Shown: one piece after another, positions 8,814-18,128 of the stretch | Layout of the letters: each line of letters begins with the position of its first letter | Position numbering within the stretch: the first letter of the stretch is position 1 | NCBI GenBank assembly: GCA_947478405.1 | Contig: CANJVX010000005.1 | Span: 2,255 to 66,254 of the forward strand | Length of the DNA: 64,000 nt | Source: Beijerinckiaceae bacterium | Lineage (GTDB): Bacteria; Pseudomonadota; Alphaproteobacteria; Rhizobiales; Beijerinckiaceae | Direction: 5' to 3' | Translations under genes and position numbers: made by a program | The notes under the pieces: generated by a model | Seen by the model: only the letters and a program-made list of their open reading frames with translations | Databases searched by the model: none | Told to the model about the DNA's origin: nothing

Positions 8814-10562
8814 ATGGCCGCCAAGGAAAATCGACAAACCGCTGAGGCTGCTGGCTGGGGTAGCGATATTATTGCTGATCTCTTGCGCGCTCTGGAGTTG
8901 CCTTATGCTGTGATTGTTCCCGGTGCGAGCTTTCGCGGCCTGCACGATTCAATCGTCAATCGGCTTGGCAATCATGACCCGAAACTTGTCACATGCCTTC
9001 ATGAAAATCATGCCGTCTCGATTGCTGACGGTTATTCACGCGTCACCGAAACGCCATTGCTTGTCATTTTGCATTCCAATGTCGGCCTGATGAATGGCGC
9101 TATGGGAATTTACAATGCTTGGTGCGACCGCCGCCCGATGCTAATACTCGGCGCCACAGGCCCTGTTGATGCTCATCAACGCCGACCCTGGATCGATTGG
9201 GTCCACACATCTAAAGATCAAGGCGCAATGGTTCGCAATTTCGTAAAATGGGACGACCAGCCCGCCTCAGCTGAGGCGGCCATTGAATCAATTTTACGCG
9301 CCAATCAGATCACACGCACAGCGCCGCAAGCGCCGGTCTATATTTGCCTCGATGCCCATATGCAGGAAGCCGCTCTTGATCGCCGCGTCGACATTCCATC
9401 CGTCGAGCGCTTCAAGCCACCCGCTCCGATTGGTGTAGATCAACGCACCCTTACCTCCATTGGCGAAGCTCTGCGCAATGCGAAACACCCGCTGCTATTG
9501 GCGGGTCGCGTCTCGCGCAGGATGGAAGACTGGAACAAGCGCATCGCCCTGGCTGATGCCTATGGACTGACGGTTCTCTCATCGGCCAATAATCCGCCTG
9601 CCTTTCCAGTCTCACATCCGCTACATATTCTGCCCCCCGCGGGTGACAAACCGACAAAAGAGGAGAGCGATCTGATTACTCAAAGCGATTTGATCCTGTC
9701 TCTCGATTGGCTTGATCTTGCGGGTTTCCTGCGAGCTCGAGGCGCAGGTTCGCAAACGCAAACACCGACAACCGCGAAGATAATTCATTGCTCGCTTGAC
9801 GGTCTGCTGGCAAATGGCTGGAGCATGGATCACCAAGCCTTGGCCGCCATCGACATTGCCGTCACAGCGCACCCGGATGCACTTGTAAGGGATCTTATGG
9901 AGATCGCACCAAAGTCAACAAAACCCACTACCAATCAAGCACATTGGCAGGCATCACTGACAGCACCTAGAGCCAGCAAGCGCTTCGACCTCTTGCAACT
10001 GGCGGCGGGCGTCACGACCTGGAGCGAAAAGAAGAATGACGTTTCGTTTGCTCGCCTGCCGATTGGTTGGCCAACCAAAGCCTGCCTGTTCAACCATCCG
10101 CTTGATTTTCTGGGTAAAGATGGTGGCGGAACCGTAGGCACAGGACCCGCACATACGGTTGGTGTAGCGCTAGCGCTGAAAGGCAGCAAACGCTCTGTTG
10201 TTGGAATTATTGGTGATGGTGATTTCCTGATGGGCATGAATGCTCTTTGGACGGCATCAAATCAGGATTTATCGATGTTGCTCATCATCGCCAACAACCA
10301 GTCCTACTATAACGACGAAGTACATCAGGAACGTGTGGCTATCGAGCGTGGTCGCCCAGTTGAAAACAAGGGCATTGGGCAAAAACTCGAAAATCCTGCA
10401 GTGGATCTCAATGCCATTGCTGCTGCACAAGGCTTTGAGACTGCACCTACCGTCCACAGCCTTGAAGAATTGGAAGCAGCCTTGCTGCAAGCAAGCAAAG
10501 TGCTCGACAACGGTGGACGCTATTTCATCAACGCGCGGATTGCACCGGGCTACGCGAGCTAA
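8814..10562 (+). CDS. thiamine-pyrophosphate-dependent enzyme (acetolactate synthase / benzoylformate decarboxylase-like)
   Basis: 582 aa. N-terminal Pyr-domain pattern and C-terminal TPP-binding motif IIGDGDFLMGMNALWTASNQDLSMLLIIANNQSY. GGAGA RBS before ATG 8814. Confidence 0.8.
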   Translation: MAAKENRQTAEAAGWGSDIIADLLRALELPYAVIVPGASFRGLHDSIVNRLGNHDPKLVTCLHENHAVSIADGYSRVTETPLLVILHSNVGLMNGAMGIYNAWCDRRPMLILGATGPVDAHQRRPWIDWVHTSKDQGAMVRNFVKWDDQPASAEAAIESILRANQITRTAPQAPVYICLDAHMQEAALDRRVDIPSVERFKPPAPIGVDQRTLTSIGEALRNAKHPLLLAGRVSRRMEDWNKRIALADAYGLTVLSSANNPPAFPVSHPLHILPPAGDKPTKEESDLITQSDLILSLDWLDLAGFLRARGAGSQTQTPTTAKIIHCSLDGLLANGWSMDHQALAAIDIAVTAHPDALVRDLMEIAPKSTKPTTNQAHWQASLTAPRASKRFDLLQLAAGVTTWSEKKNDVSFARLPIGWPTKACLFNHPLDFLGKDGGGTVGTGPAHTVGVALALKGSKRSVVGIIGDGDFLMGMNALWTASNQDLSMLLIIANNQSYYNDEVHQERVAIERGRPVENKGIGQKLENPAVDLNAIAAAQGFETAPTVHSLEELEAALLQASKVLDNGGRYFINARIAPGYAS

Positions 10563-10598
10563 AGTCAGATCAAAAAACAACGATCAGGGGTGAGCGCC

Positions 10599-11594
10599 AT
10601 GCAGAAATACTTTTGTTTGATCACCGTCTCAATGAGTTTGAACATTGCGCTCGCAACAGGCTCTGCTTTTGCAGCAGATGCAGAAGCTTGGCCCAGCAAA
10701 AGAGTTTCGGTTGTCGTTGGTTATGCTAGTGGAGGATTTGCCGACAATGTCGCGCGCGTTGTTGGACGTAAGCTTGGTGAAACATGGAACCAGCCTGTCG
10801 TCATCCAAAACATGGCGGGAGCTGGCGGTAACATTGCCGCCCGCTCCGTTGCTGCCGCGTCCGCTGATGGCTATACGCTACTGGCGACAACAACCTCACT
10901 GGCGATCAATGACACACTCTATCGCGACAAAGGTTTTCGCACCGATGGTCTAACGGCTGTGGCCATTCCTGTCGAGGCACCAGAGTTATTGGTCGCCAAT
11001 CCAAAGTCAGGAATCAAATCTTTTGCTGATTTGCTGACCAAAGCTAAAACCGAGCAGATTTATCTCGGCAGCTCCGGCATCGGCAGCGGCTCACATATTT
11101 CTGCCGAATATGCGCTGCGGATTATGGCCAAAGTGAATGTGAAACACATTCCCTTTTCAGGCGGAAATCCGGCTATGTTGGCTCTGATGACAGGCGAGAT
11201 CACCGTTCTGGCGAGCACAGCGACAGCTATTCCAGCCATTCAAAGTGGCGAGCTGGTTGGCCTTGGTGTGGGAAGCCTGGACCGCAGCACTATTTTACCG
11301 GATGTAAAAACCTATTCAGAAAATGGCCTGAAAGGCTTCACTGCCAGTTCATGGACAGGCCTGTTCGCGCCAGCTGGCACTCCTGATGCAACGCTGAAAA
11401 CCATCAATGCTGCGGTCAATATAGCGACCCAAGATCCGGGAGTGATCAGCCAACTAAAAAATTTAGGCGTGACGCCGAGCCAAAGGTCACAACCCGACGC
11501 TGTCAAATTTTTCCAGGACGAAATTCTAAACTGGCAGAAAATGGTCAAATCAATCGATCTGTCGGCTGAATATGGCCTGCCCCCTGAAAAGTGA
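10599..11594 (+). CDS. Bug/TctC-family tripartite tricarboxylate transporter substrate-binding protein
   Basis: Signal peptide, then VVVGYASGGFADNVARVVGRKLGETWNQPVVIQNMAGAGGNIAA. ATG 10599 is preferred over the listed GTG 10590. Confidence 0.85.
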   Translation: MQKYFCLITVSMSLNIALATGSAFAADAEAWPSKRVSVVVGYASGGFADNVARVVGRKLGETWNQPVVIQNMAGAGGNIAARSVAAASADGYTLLATTTSLAINDTLYRDKGFRTDGLTAVAIPVEAPELLVANPKSGIKSFADLLTKAKTEQIYLGSSGIGSGSHISAEYALRIMAKVNVKHIPFSGGNPAMLALMTGEITVLASTATAIPAIQSGELVGLGVGSLDRSTILPDVKTYSENGLKGFTASSWTGLFAPAGTPDATLKTINAAVNIATQDPGVISQLKNLGVTPSQRSQPDAVKFFQDEILNWQKMVKSIDLSAEYGLPPEK

Positions 11595-11631
11595 TCCTCC
11601 CTGATGTATGGCTTATGAGCCTTGAGGAGGA

Positions 11632-11916
11632 ATGGGAATGGCTAGGAAAAGGCATAAGGCGGAAGAGATTGTCGCCAAACTTCGGCAGGTTGAAGCTCTG
11701 ACAGCACAAGGGCGGCCATTTACAGAGGCTAGAAGGCCGATAAGCGTAACGGCAGTTACCTATTATCGCTGGCGGTCGGAATATAATGATCGAAAAGGCG
11801 ATAAGGTTAAGCGCCTTAAAGAGCTCGAGGCAGAGAAGAATTTCTTTCGCCGAGCAGTCTCAGATCTCACCATTAAGACGCGGATTTTAAAAGAGGCCGC
11901 AGGAAAGAGCTTCTAA
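11632..11916 (+). pseudogene. IS3-family transposase OrfA-like HTH protein, degenerate
   Basis: ARKRHKAEEIVAKLRQVEAL...YYRWRSEY...VKRLKELEAEKNFFRRAVSDLTIKTRILKEAAGKSF resembles IS3-group OrfA (HTH plus leucine zipper). No intact OrfB follows. Confidence 0.55.
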
Positions 11917-12030
11917 GCCCCGCACGACGCCTTGCGTGCGTCGAGCTTCCACTTGACAAGCGTGGCATCCCTAAGCGGCTTGGTTGCTGCATTAAGGAGC
12001 ATTTCCAACTTAACCAAACTATTGAGATTT
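11632..12030 (+). mobile_element. truncated IS3-family insertion-sequence remnant
   Basis: The OrfA-like ORF is followed (about 11917-12030) by a frame with several stops that still resembles the start of IS3 OrfB (P-R-x-x-x-C-V-R-R ... A-A-W-L-L). No DDE domain and no terminal inverted repeats seen. Locally lower GC. Confidence 0.5.
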
Positions 12031-12118
12031 TCCAAGCCACCTCCATTTCATCATCCAAGCCGTCTTATAATTCAACCCTCTAACGGAAATATAAGAAGCC
12101 AAAAGTCAGGTTCCGGAA

Positions 12119-12379
12119 ATGAATAAGATTCCCCTCGCATTCTTATGGTTGCTTGGATTGACAGCCCAATCCCTGCCGGCGGGTGACCCGCGCCTGTGTG
12201 ACATGCAGGCGCGTGACTACGCCAATATCATGGCGCCGCGGACCGGCGCGCCCGCACTGAAACAGCCGCCCGGGCTTCCAACCCCCAACCAGCGCGAAAG
12301 CCGGCCAGAAACCATGCGTATGGCGCCCAACGGTGAGGCCTATAGGCGGGCCTATGACGCCTGCATGGGGCAGGGATGA
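12119..12379 (+). CDS. hypothetical small secreted protein
   Basis: 86-aa ORF with signal-peptide-like N-terminus MNKIPLAFLWLLGLTAQSLPA and two Cys. Weak RBS and no recognised family. Confidence 0.35.
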   Translation: MNKIPLAFLWLLGLTAQSLPAGDPRLCDMQARDYANIMAPRTGAPALKQPPGLPTPNQRESRPETMRMAPNGEAYRRAYDACMGQG

Positions 12380-12570
12380 AACACTAAGGGCACCAGAATC
12401 TATTTTTTCTGATCAAATTGTCTAGAGTTCCGCCTCCAGCCCCGCTTATGTTAGCTAAAGCATAACCAATTGCAGCCGTTTATAGACGGGAAGGCTTCCC
12501 CGCTTAATCAGGCGGATAGCTTCTGTCTGGCCAGAGCCAGGCATGTGTTGCGTTTCGGGTTCCTTGCGTC

Positions 12571-13404
12571 ATGGCTCATCCGCTTGTCGGTAAATACGAA
12601 TCGACCGACCTCACGGCGCTGGCGCCAGAGGACCGCGCCTTCGCGCGCACCGAGATCAAGGATGTACTATCTGGCAAGGGCAAGGGAAAGCTGAGCCCTG
12701 AAGACCGGGTCATTCTCCTGCGTCTTTGGATGGAAACTTTCGAGCGTCCGTCCCAACCCGCAACTGCCACTGAAATCGCCAATGGGCCAGCCCCATCCCT
12801 GCCGAAGGCAAAGGCGGCCCCTAAGCAGGCCAGACGCATTCCCAGCCTGTCAATGCCGAAATTCACGGCGATCCGCGCCATCTTCAGCGCACTTGCCATT
12901 TTACGACTTTCTGACCTCGCCTTTCTCTGCTGCTGCATCGGCATATCAGCCGCTGTGATTTCAGCAGGTGCCCACTCAATGCGCGAATCGCTTCGCATCG
13001 AAGATGTGAAGCGCGACGCGGAAGCGGTTGTCGCCTGGATCAAGGAAAATGGCGGCGATAAACGCGCGGAAGAAAGTTTCCAGCCTGCGGTCTGCAACAA
13101 GGCCAGTACGGATACATGGAAAGGATGCATTGCAGCCTTGAGCGCGGACGGCGGACCATTTGTAGACAAGAAGAGCCGCTTTGATCCCTCACGTGATTTC
13201 TTTACTGTAAAATGCGACATGAGCAATCCCGACTCAGTCGGGACGATCATCCTTGAAAAAGGCGCTGTTCCGCTTGGTGGCTCCTCTATTGCCTACACCG
13301 CCCTTGATGGATCGGAAGGCCTCACCAAAGACTTGATGCTGCGCGTCATTGTCTGCGGCCGCGGCTTTCACCTGATCAAAGTCGCCACCGATTTGACCTT
13401 CTGA
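12571..13404 (+). CDS. hypothetical membrane-anchored protein (unknown family)
   Basis: 277 aa. Charged N-terminal part, a hydrophobic segment AIRAIFSALAILRLSDLAFLCCCIGISAAVISAGA, then a Cys-containing ~140-aa C-terminal domain. Ordinary protein composition, unlike its S/R-rich antisense ORF. Stop lies 13 nt before the channel gene. Confidence 0.55.
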   Translation: MAHPLVGKYESTDLTALAPEDRAFARTEIKDVLSGKGKGKLSPEDRVILLRLWMETFERPSQPATATEIANGPAPSLPKAKAAPKQARRIPSLSMPKFTAIRAIFSALAILRLSDLAFLCCCIGISAAVISAGAHSMRESLRIEDVKRDAEAVVAWIKENGGDKRAEESFQPAVCNKASTDTWKGCIAALSADGGPFVDKKSRFDPSRDFFTVKCDMSNPDSVGTIILEKGAVPLGGSSIAYTALDGSEGLTKDLMLRVIVCGRGFHLIKVATDLTF

Positions 13405-13417
13405 AGGATGTGACGAA

Positions 13418-15130
13418 ATGAGCACCCCGACGAAGGATCCCGCGACAGACGCACCCGGAGCTGCCCCCGCTGCGGCAAAAAATGCTTCTGTCAAAGCGAA
13501 AGCGCCTGCCCGCAAACCATTTCGCCGCATCATCTATGATTGGCTTTACAAGCCAGAAAACGGTGTGCCAACCAATAAGAATTTCGAGAATTGGTTGTCG
13601 GCTCTGATCATCGCGAATATCGCAAGCATGATCCTCGAAACGATTCCCTCACTCGCTCCTTATGAGCACTTGCTTCGTTATTTCGAGTTATTCTCGATCT
13701 TCATTTTTACCGGTGAATATCTGATTCGCCTCTTGATCGCGCCGGAAGATCCGGATTTCAAGGAAGCGACAAGCCCACGGCTGAAATATCTTTTCTCATT
13801 CTTTGCAATCATCGACGCCCTTGTGATCGTACCCTTCTATTTGGGGTCTCTAGGGACATTCGATCTGCGCTTTCTGCGTATTTTGCGTCTTCTGAAATTG
13901 CTGCGCATCCTGTTGCCTGCATTTGAAGAGTTCCGTAAACTCAATGAGGGTAGAACCTTCCGCCAACGCATCCACGCGCTTGTCTTTCCAAGCCCTTATG
14001 GGGGACAGATCCACAATATTTACGACCTCTTCATTGTCTTTTGGGTGCTAATCTCGGTTCTGGCTGTCATTCTGGAATCGGTCGATTCAATCTATTATAA
14101 TGTAGCCGTCGAATTCGTCGTCCTTGATGCCGTCGCAGTGCTCGTCTTCTCTTTCGAATATTTGATGCGCGCCTATTCCTGCGTGGAGGAACCGCGATTC
14201 AAGAGGCTGATCGTCGGTCGCCTGAGTTATCTTACAAAGCCTGGGGCGATTATCGACTTTCTCGCGATAAGCCCCTTCTTTTTAGAATATTTTCTGCATC
14301 ACCTCGTAGACTTGCGTTTCCTGCGGTCGTTCCGCTTGATGCGCTTGTTCAAGCTCGCCCGCTATACAGGATCAACCGGTACGCTCTTCACTATCATCCG
14401 CCGTGAGGCGCCGGTTCTGGCAACCTCCGCCTTCACGCTTATGCTCCTTGTCGTCTTGGTGGCGAGCCTTGGCTACCTGTTTGAGCATGAAGCCCAGCCT
14501 GAGAAATTCGAAAACATTCCAACAGCGATCTATTGGGCTGTGATCACTCTCGCCTCGGTCGGCTACGGCGATATCTCGCCCATCACACCGATGGGTCGTT
14601 TTATGACCACTCTCATGGCACTCATCGGCTTGGGCCTCTTTGCTATCCCTGCCTCAATTCTCTCATCCGCATTTACGCAAGAGCTGCAGTCACAACGTCA
14701 GGCAGTCGAAAATCAACTATTTGAAATGCTGGATGACGGAGTTCTCTCGCCGGAAGAAGAAGTAGAAGCTCGCAAGCTTGCGCGCAAAATGAATTTGTCA
14801 GACGAGCAGATGGATATTCTGATCGAAAAAGCCAAGCGCGAGACCGAAGAGCGGGCGCGCAATGATATTTTCATTCCTGTCGACTATCTCGCGGAACATT
14901 CCAGTATTGCGGCGGCACAATTCCGGGTCCTGTTCGAACAGCTCAAACGCATCGCGCATCTGCCAAATGCTTCCGATGTTTCGCAACATCTCTTCTCCGG
15001 CCATAACATGGGCGAGGTAGAGCGCGATCTTTGGAACAGGCTTCACCAGGGCGAAAAGAAACCGCCAGCGAAACCCGCACAGGCAAAGAGCAAGAAAAAA
15101 CCGCCTGAGCCCAAGCCATCCACGAGCTGA
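13418..15130 (+). CDS. voltage-gated K+ channel-like protein with two tandem S1-S4 voltage-sensor modules and one pore
   Basis: Two S4 segments with basic residues every third position: LRFLRILRLLKLLRIL (13868-13906) and LRFLRSFRLMRLFKLAR (14315-14365). One S5-P-S6 pore with K+ filter TLASVGYGD (14546-14572). Confidence 0.8.
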   Translation: MSTPTKDPATDAPGAAPAAAKNASVKAKAPARKPFRRIIYDWLYKPENGVPTNKNFENWLSALIIANIASMILETIPSLAPYEHLLRYFELFSIFIFTGEYLIRLLIAPEDPDFKEATSPRLKYLFSFFAIIDALVIVPFYLGSLGTFDLRFLRILRLLKLLRILLPAFEEFRKLNEGRTFRQRIHALVFPSPYGGQIHNIYDLFIVFWVLISVLAVILESVDSIYYNVAVEFVVLDAVAVLVFSFEYLMRAYSCVEEPRFKRLIVGRLSYLTKPGAIIDFLAISPFFLEYFLHHLVDLRFLRSFRLMRLFKLARYTGSTGTLFTIIRREAPVLATSAFTLMLLVVLVASLGYLFEHEAQPEKFENIPTAIYWAVITLASVGYGDISPITPMGRFMTTLMALIGLGLFAIPASILSSAFTQELQSQRQAVENQLFEMLDDGVLSPEEEVEARKLARKMNLSDEQMDILIEKAKRETEERARNDIFIPVDYLAEHSSIAAAQFRVLFEQLKRIAHLPNASDVSQHLFSGHNMGEVERDLWNRLHQGEKKPPAKPAQAKSKKKPPEPKPSTS

Positions 15131-15161
15131 TCGGCGCGATCAGTTAGGCACTGATCCGTGT

Positions 15162-15545
15162 CTAATTCCGACAGGTGTCCTCGACGACGCTGCCGTTGCC
15201 ATAAAAATAGCGAACCCATTTTTTCTGGCGCCCAAAAAAAGCGACGCCATCACGATCACCATAATGAACGCGCACGGATGCCCAGACCAAAGCGCCGTCT
15301 TCATCTACCTGGCTTCGTTTGATGGTCCATGGCGGAGCAAATTGGGGATTTGAATTGCTCAGAGCATTCCGCGTGCTGTCGAACACAACCAGATAGACGC
15401 CCTGCTCGCCGCGGCAGGTCATGCGAAATTCTTCCGCATGCGCACTTGCGCATGCGACCACCAGCATCGCCGCCGAAAAAAAGAAGGGTCTCACTGGGCT
15501 GTCCAAACAAATCGCATGGGAAACACTTTGCTGTTTCGCCTGCAC
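15162..15545 (-). CDS. hypothetical secreted protein
   Basis: 127-aa ORF (GTG start) with hydrophobic leader ...FFFSAAMLVVACASAHA/EEF and two Cys. No recognised family; start uncertain. Confidence 0.4.
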   Translation of the reverse strand: MQAKQQSVSHAICLDSPVRPFFFSAAMLVVACASAHAEEFRMTCRGEQGVYLVVFDSTRNALSNSNPQFAPPWTIKRSQVDEDGALVWASVRVHYGDRDGVAFFGRQKKWVRYFYGNGSVVEDTCRN

Positions 15546-15787
15546 CCCGTCAATCCTGAGAGTGTCAAAGGCCTACACTCATCCGTGACATGCCCCACAT
15601 GCCGTGGCGGTCATGGGAAAATGACAAGCGCTATACTTGCCTGATTTAGCTAAAAGATCGATTTGAATAAGCATCTACTGAAATTGGATTATGCCTCAAA
15701 GGCGAAATTATTGTTAAGTCATTCACAATTGCGATGATCTCGATCCAGATGGCATTGAGGCCAGCACGGGCTTGAGGAGGAACATAA

Positions 15788-16996
15788 ATGTTGGGTTGCA
15801 GGATTGCCATTATCGGCGGTGGGCTCGCGGGCCTGGCGGCTGCCAACGCCCTTCGTACCCATGGAATTCAGGCCGAAGTTTTTGAGGCGGCCTCGGAATT
15901 GGGCGAAATCGGCGCCTCGGTCAATTGCAGCCCGCAGGCAGTGAAGGCTCTACATGCCGTGGGCGTTGGCCCTCAAGTGGATGCCATTGGCCATAAATCG
16001 CCGGGCCCCGTCACGCGCAATATGATCACGGGCGAGTTCCTCGAATATAGCAATCGCTTCGAGCTCGCTGGGCGCTATGGCATGCCCTATTATTGCTTCC
16101 ACCGCGCTGATCTCATCGATGCGCTCGCCGAGCCACTCGACCGAAGCCACATTCATCTTGGCCACCGCCTGCAAAAAGCGGATGTGCATAAGGATGGGGT
16201 CACTCTGCATTTCACCAATGGCAAGTCGGTAGATGCAGACTTTGTGATCGCTGCTGATGGCGTGAAATCAGTGATGCGCCAAACACTCTATGGCAATGAC
16301 AACCCGACCTTTACCGGACAAATGGTCTGGCGCGCGCTTCTCAAGGCAGAAGATGTTCCTGCCGAATGCCTTGAACCGCATGGCCATGTGCAATGGGTCG
16401 GCCCCGGCCGCCATTTGATTGCCTATTACATTCGCCAGAACCGGCTCGTGAATGTCGTCTCGCAAGTCGATAGCGATGTGTGGGAAGAAGAAGGCTGGGC
16501 GATCAAGGGCGATCCTGATCTGATGCGCGCCAGCTACCCCAATGCTGAGCCGCGTCTCGTGAAACTGCTCGAAACCGTCAAAGAATGTTCCAAATGGGGC
16601 CTGTTTACGCGCCCCATCACCAACAATTGGGGCTTTGGCCGCATTCAGCTGATTGGCGATGCCGCTCATGCCATGGTGCCGAGTGTCGGCCAAGGGGCAT
16701 GCATGGCATTTGAGGATTCCTACATTCTCGGTCGCTGGATGGAAAAATGCGCTGATCCCGTCGAAGCCTTTGAAAATTTCCGCAAGGTGCGGATTCCTCG
16801 CGTTCACGGCGTGCAGAACCTCTCAAACTCGGCCAACAAATTTAAGCATATGGCCGATCAGGACAAGCAGAAGAAAGAAATCAAATCTGGCAATGGCACA
16901 CATGGCAAGATTGACTGGGTCTGGGGCTTTGAACCAGCACAGGATTGGGACAAAGTGCCCACCAATGTGCCAGCGGCCTATGCCACTCCTGCCTGA
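15788..16996 (+). CDS. FAD-dependent aromatic-ring monooxygenase (salicylate / 3-hydroxybenzoate hydroxylase-like)
   Basis: GAGGAGG RBS. GxGxxG motif IAIIGGGLAGLAAANAL and GDAAHAMVPSVGQGACMAFED motif. Confidence 0.85.
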   Translation: MLGCRIAIIGGGLAGLAAANALRTHGIQAEVFEAASELGEIGASVNCSPQAVKALHAVGVGPQVDAIGHKSPGPVTRNMITGEFLEYSNRFELAGRYGMPYYCFHRADLIDALAEPLDRSHIHLGHRLQKADVHKDGVTLHFTNGKSVDADFVIAADGVKSVMRQTLYGNDNPTFTGQMVWRALLKAEDVPAECLEPHGHVQWVGPGRHLIAYYIRQNRLVNVVSQVDSDVWEEEGWAIKGDPDLMRASYPNAEPRLVKLLETVKECSKWGLFTRPITNNWGFGRIQLIGDAAHAMVPSVGQGACMAFEDSYILGRWMEKCADPVEAFENFRKVRIPRVHGVQNLSNSANKFKHMADQDKQKKEIKSGNGTHGKIDWVWGFEPAQDWDKVPTNVPAAYATPA

Positions 16997-17010
16997 CATC
17001 ACGCATCAGC

Positions 17011-17048
17011 AAAAAGAATGGGCCGGGATTTCTCCCGGCCCATTTTTT
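17011..17048. terminator. bidirectional rho-independent terminator between convergent genes
   Basis: AAAAAGA-ATGGGCCGGGA-TTTC-TCCCGGCCCAT-TTTTTT: an 11-bp stem flanked by an A-run and a T-run. Confidence 0.7.
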
Positions 17049-17065
17049 GTGCCTGCAGCGCAGAC

Positions 17066-18085
17066 TTATTCGGAAACGCGCTTCACTTCTTCATAGAAGC
17101 TCTTCGGCTTCTTCGACAACCCGACCATCGTCGCCTGGATATCATCCGCAGAGACAGGGCTGATCGACATGCCGATCTTTTCGGCCTCAACAAGGAAATC
17201 TTTGTCTTTCAGCGTTTCTGGCAAAGCCTTGCGCAGAGCTGCCAACCGATCAGCTGGGACGCCGGCGGGGGCTGCAATCGGGCGACCAATCGCCAGATCC
17301 TTGAAGAAGAATTCCAGCATGTCCTTGGTCTTCTGATCCTTGGCATAATCAAAGACACTCGGCATTTTTCCGAACTCTTCTGTCGTTGAGCGGCCCATCT
17401 GGATGATCAGATTGATCTTCTTCGACTTGTAGGCTTCCGACAGATTGGTGCGTAGAATCATTTCTGATACGCCGCATACGCCAGACACTTCGCCGCCTTC
17501 CATCGCCAAGCGAATGGCGGGCATGCCGGGATAACCGGACACGAGTTTCATCTTCGCGCCCAGCAGATTTTTGATCACCGCACTGAAACGGAAAATGTCT
17601 GTCGCGGGCGCACTCGAGCCGAAAGTAACTTCCTTCTGGATGAGCTGATCGAAATTTTTCACGCCATTGGCGTCACCCTGCAACATGCAGAATTGGCGAT
17701 CCTGCGACATGCTGCCGATCCATGACAATTTGGTCGGGTCAAACATGGCGGCCGTATTGCCCAGATAGGGTTCAATTGCCGCTTGCGATGTGAACATGGA
17801 AATCACCGTGCCGTCGGCAGGCGCCTTGAACAGATGATTGGCGGCAAGCAACGTGCCAGCACCTGGCATATTGGACATCATGGTCTGCGGATTGCCCGGC
17901 AGATATTTGCCGATATAGCGACCGAGCAAGCGCAACTGAATGTCATTCTCGCCATTGGGCGTGAAGCCCGAGACGAGCGTCAGCGTCTTGCCTTTGTAGA
18001 AATCCGAAACAGCATCAGCCTGAGCTGCAGTGGCTGAGAGCAAGGCGGCTGCAGCAACCGCCAAAGTTTTCACGAACATGCGCAT
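17066..18085 (-). CDS. Bug/TctC-family substrate-binding protein
   Basis: AGAGGAG RBS 7 nt before ATG 18085. Signal peptide MRMFVKTLAVAAAALLSATAAQA. Motifs FYKGKTLTLVSGF...NMPGAGTLLAANHLF. Confidence 0.85.
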   Translation of the reverse strand: MRMFVKTLAVAAAALLSATAAQADAVSDFYKGKTLTLVSGFTPNGENDIQLRLLGRYIGKYLPGNPQTMMSNMPGAGTLLAANHLFKAPADGTVISMFTSQAAIEPYLGNTAAMFDPTKLSWIGSMSQDRQFCMLQGDANGVKNFDQLIQKEVTFGSSAPATDIFRFSAVIKNLLGAKMKLVSGYPGMPAIRLAMEGGEVSGVCGVSEMILRTNLSEAYKSKKINLIIQMGRSTTEEFGKMPSVFDYAKDQKTKDMLEFFFKDLAIGRPIAAPAGVPADRLAALRKALPETLKDKDFLVEAEKIGMSISPVSADDIQATMVGLSKKPKSFYEEVKRVSE

Positions 18086-18128
18086 GGACGCGCTCCTCTT
18101 GTTTGAATGGTCAACCAAGCCTTGTGGC

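Noticed and set aside
11632-12126. Intact, active insertion sequence.
   Set aside because: Only an OrfA-like ORF survives. The OrfB-like continuation is broken by several stops within about 100 nt and then ends. No DDE domain, frameshift window with downstream ORF, or terminal inverted repeats are visible.
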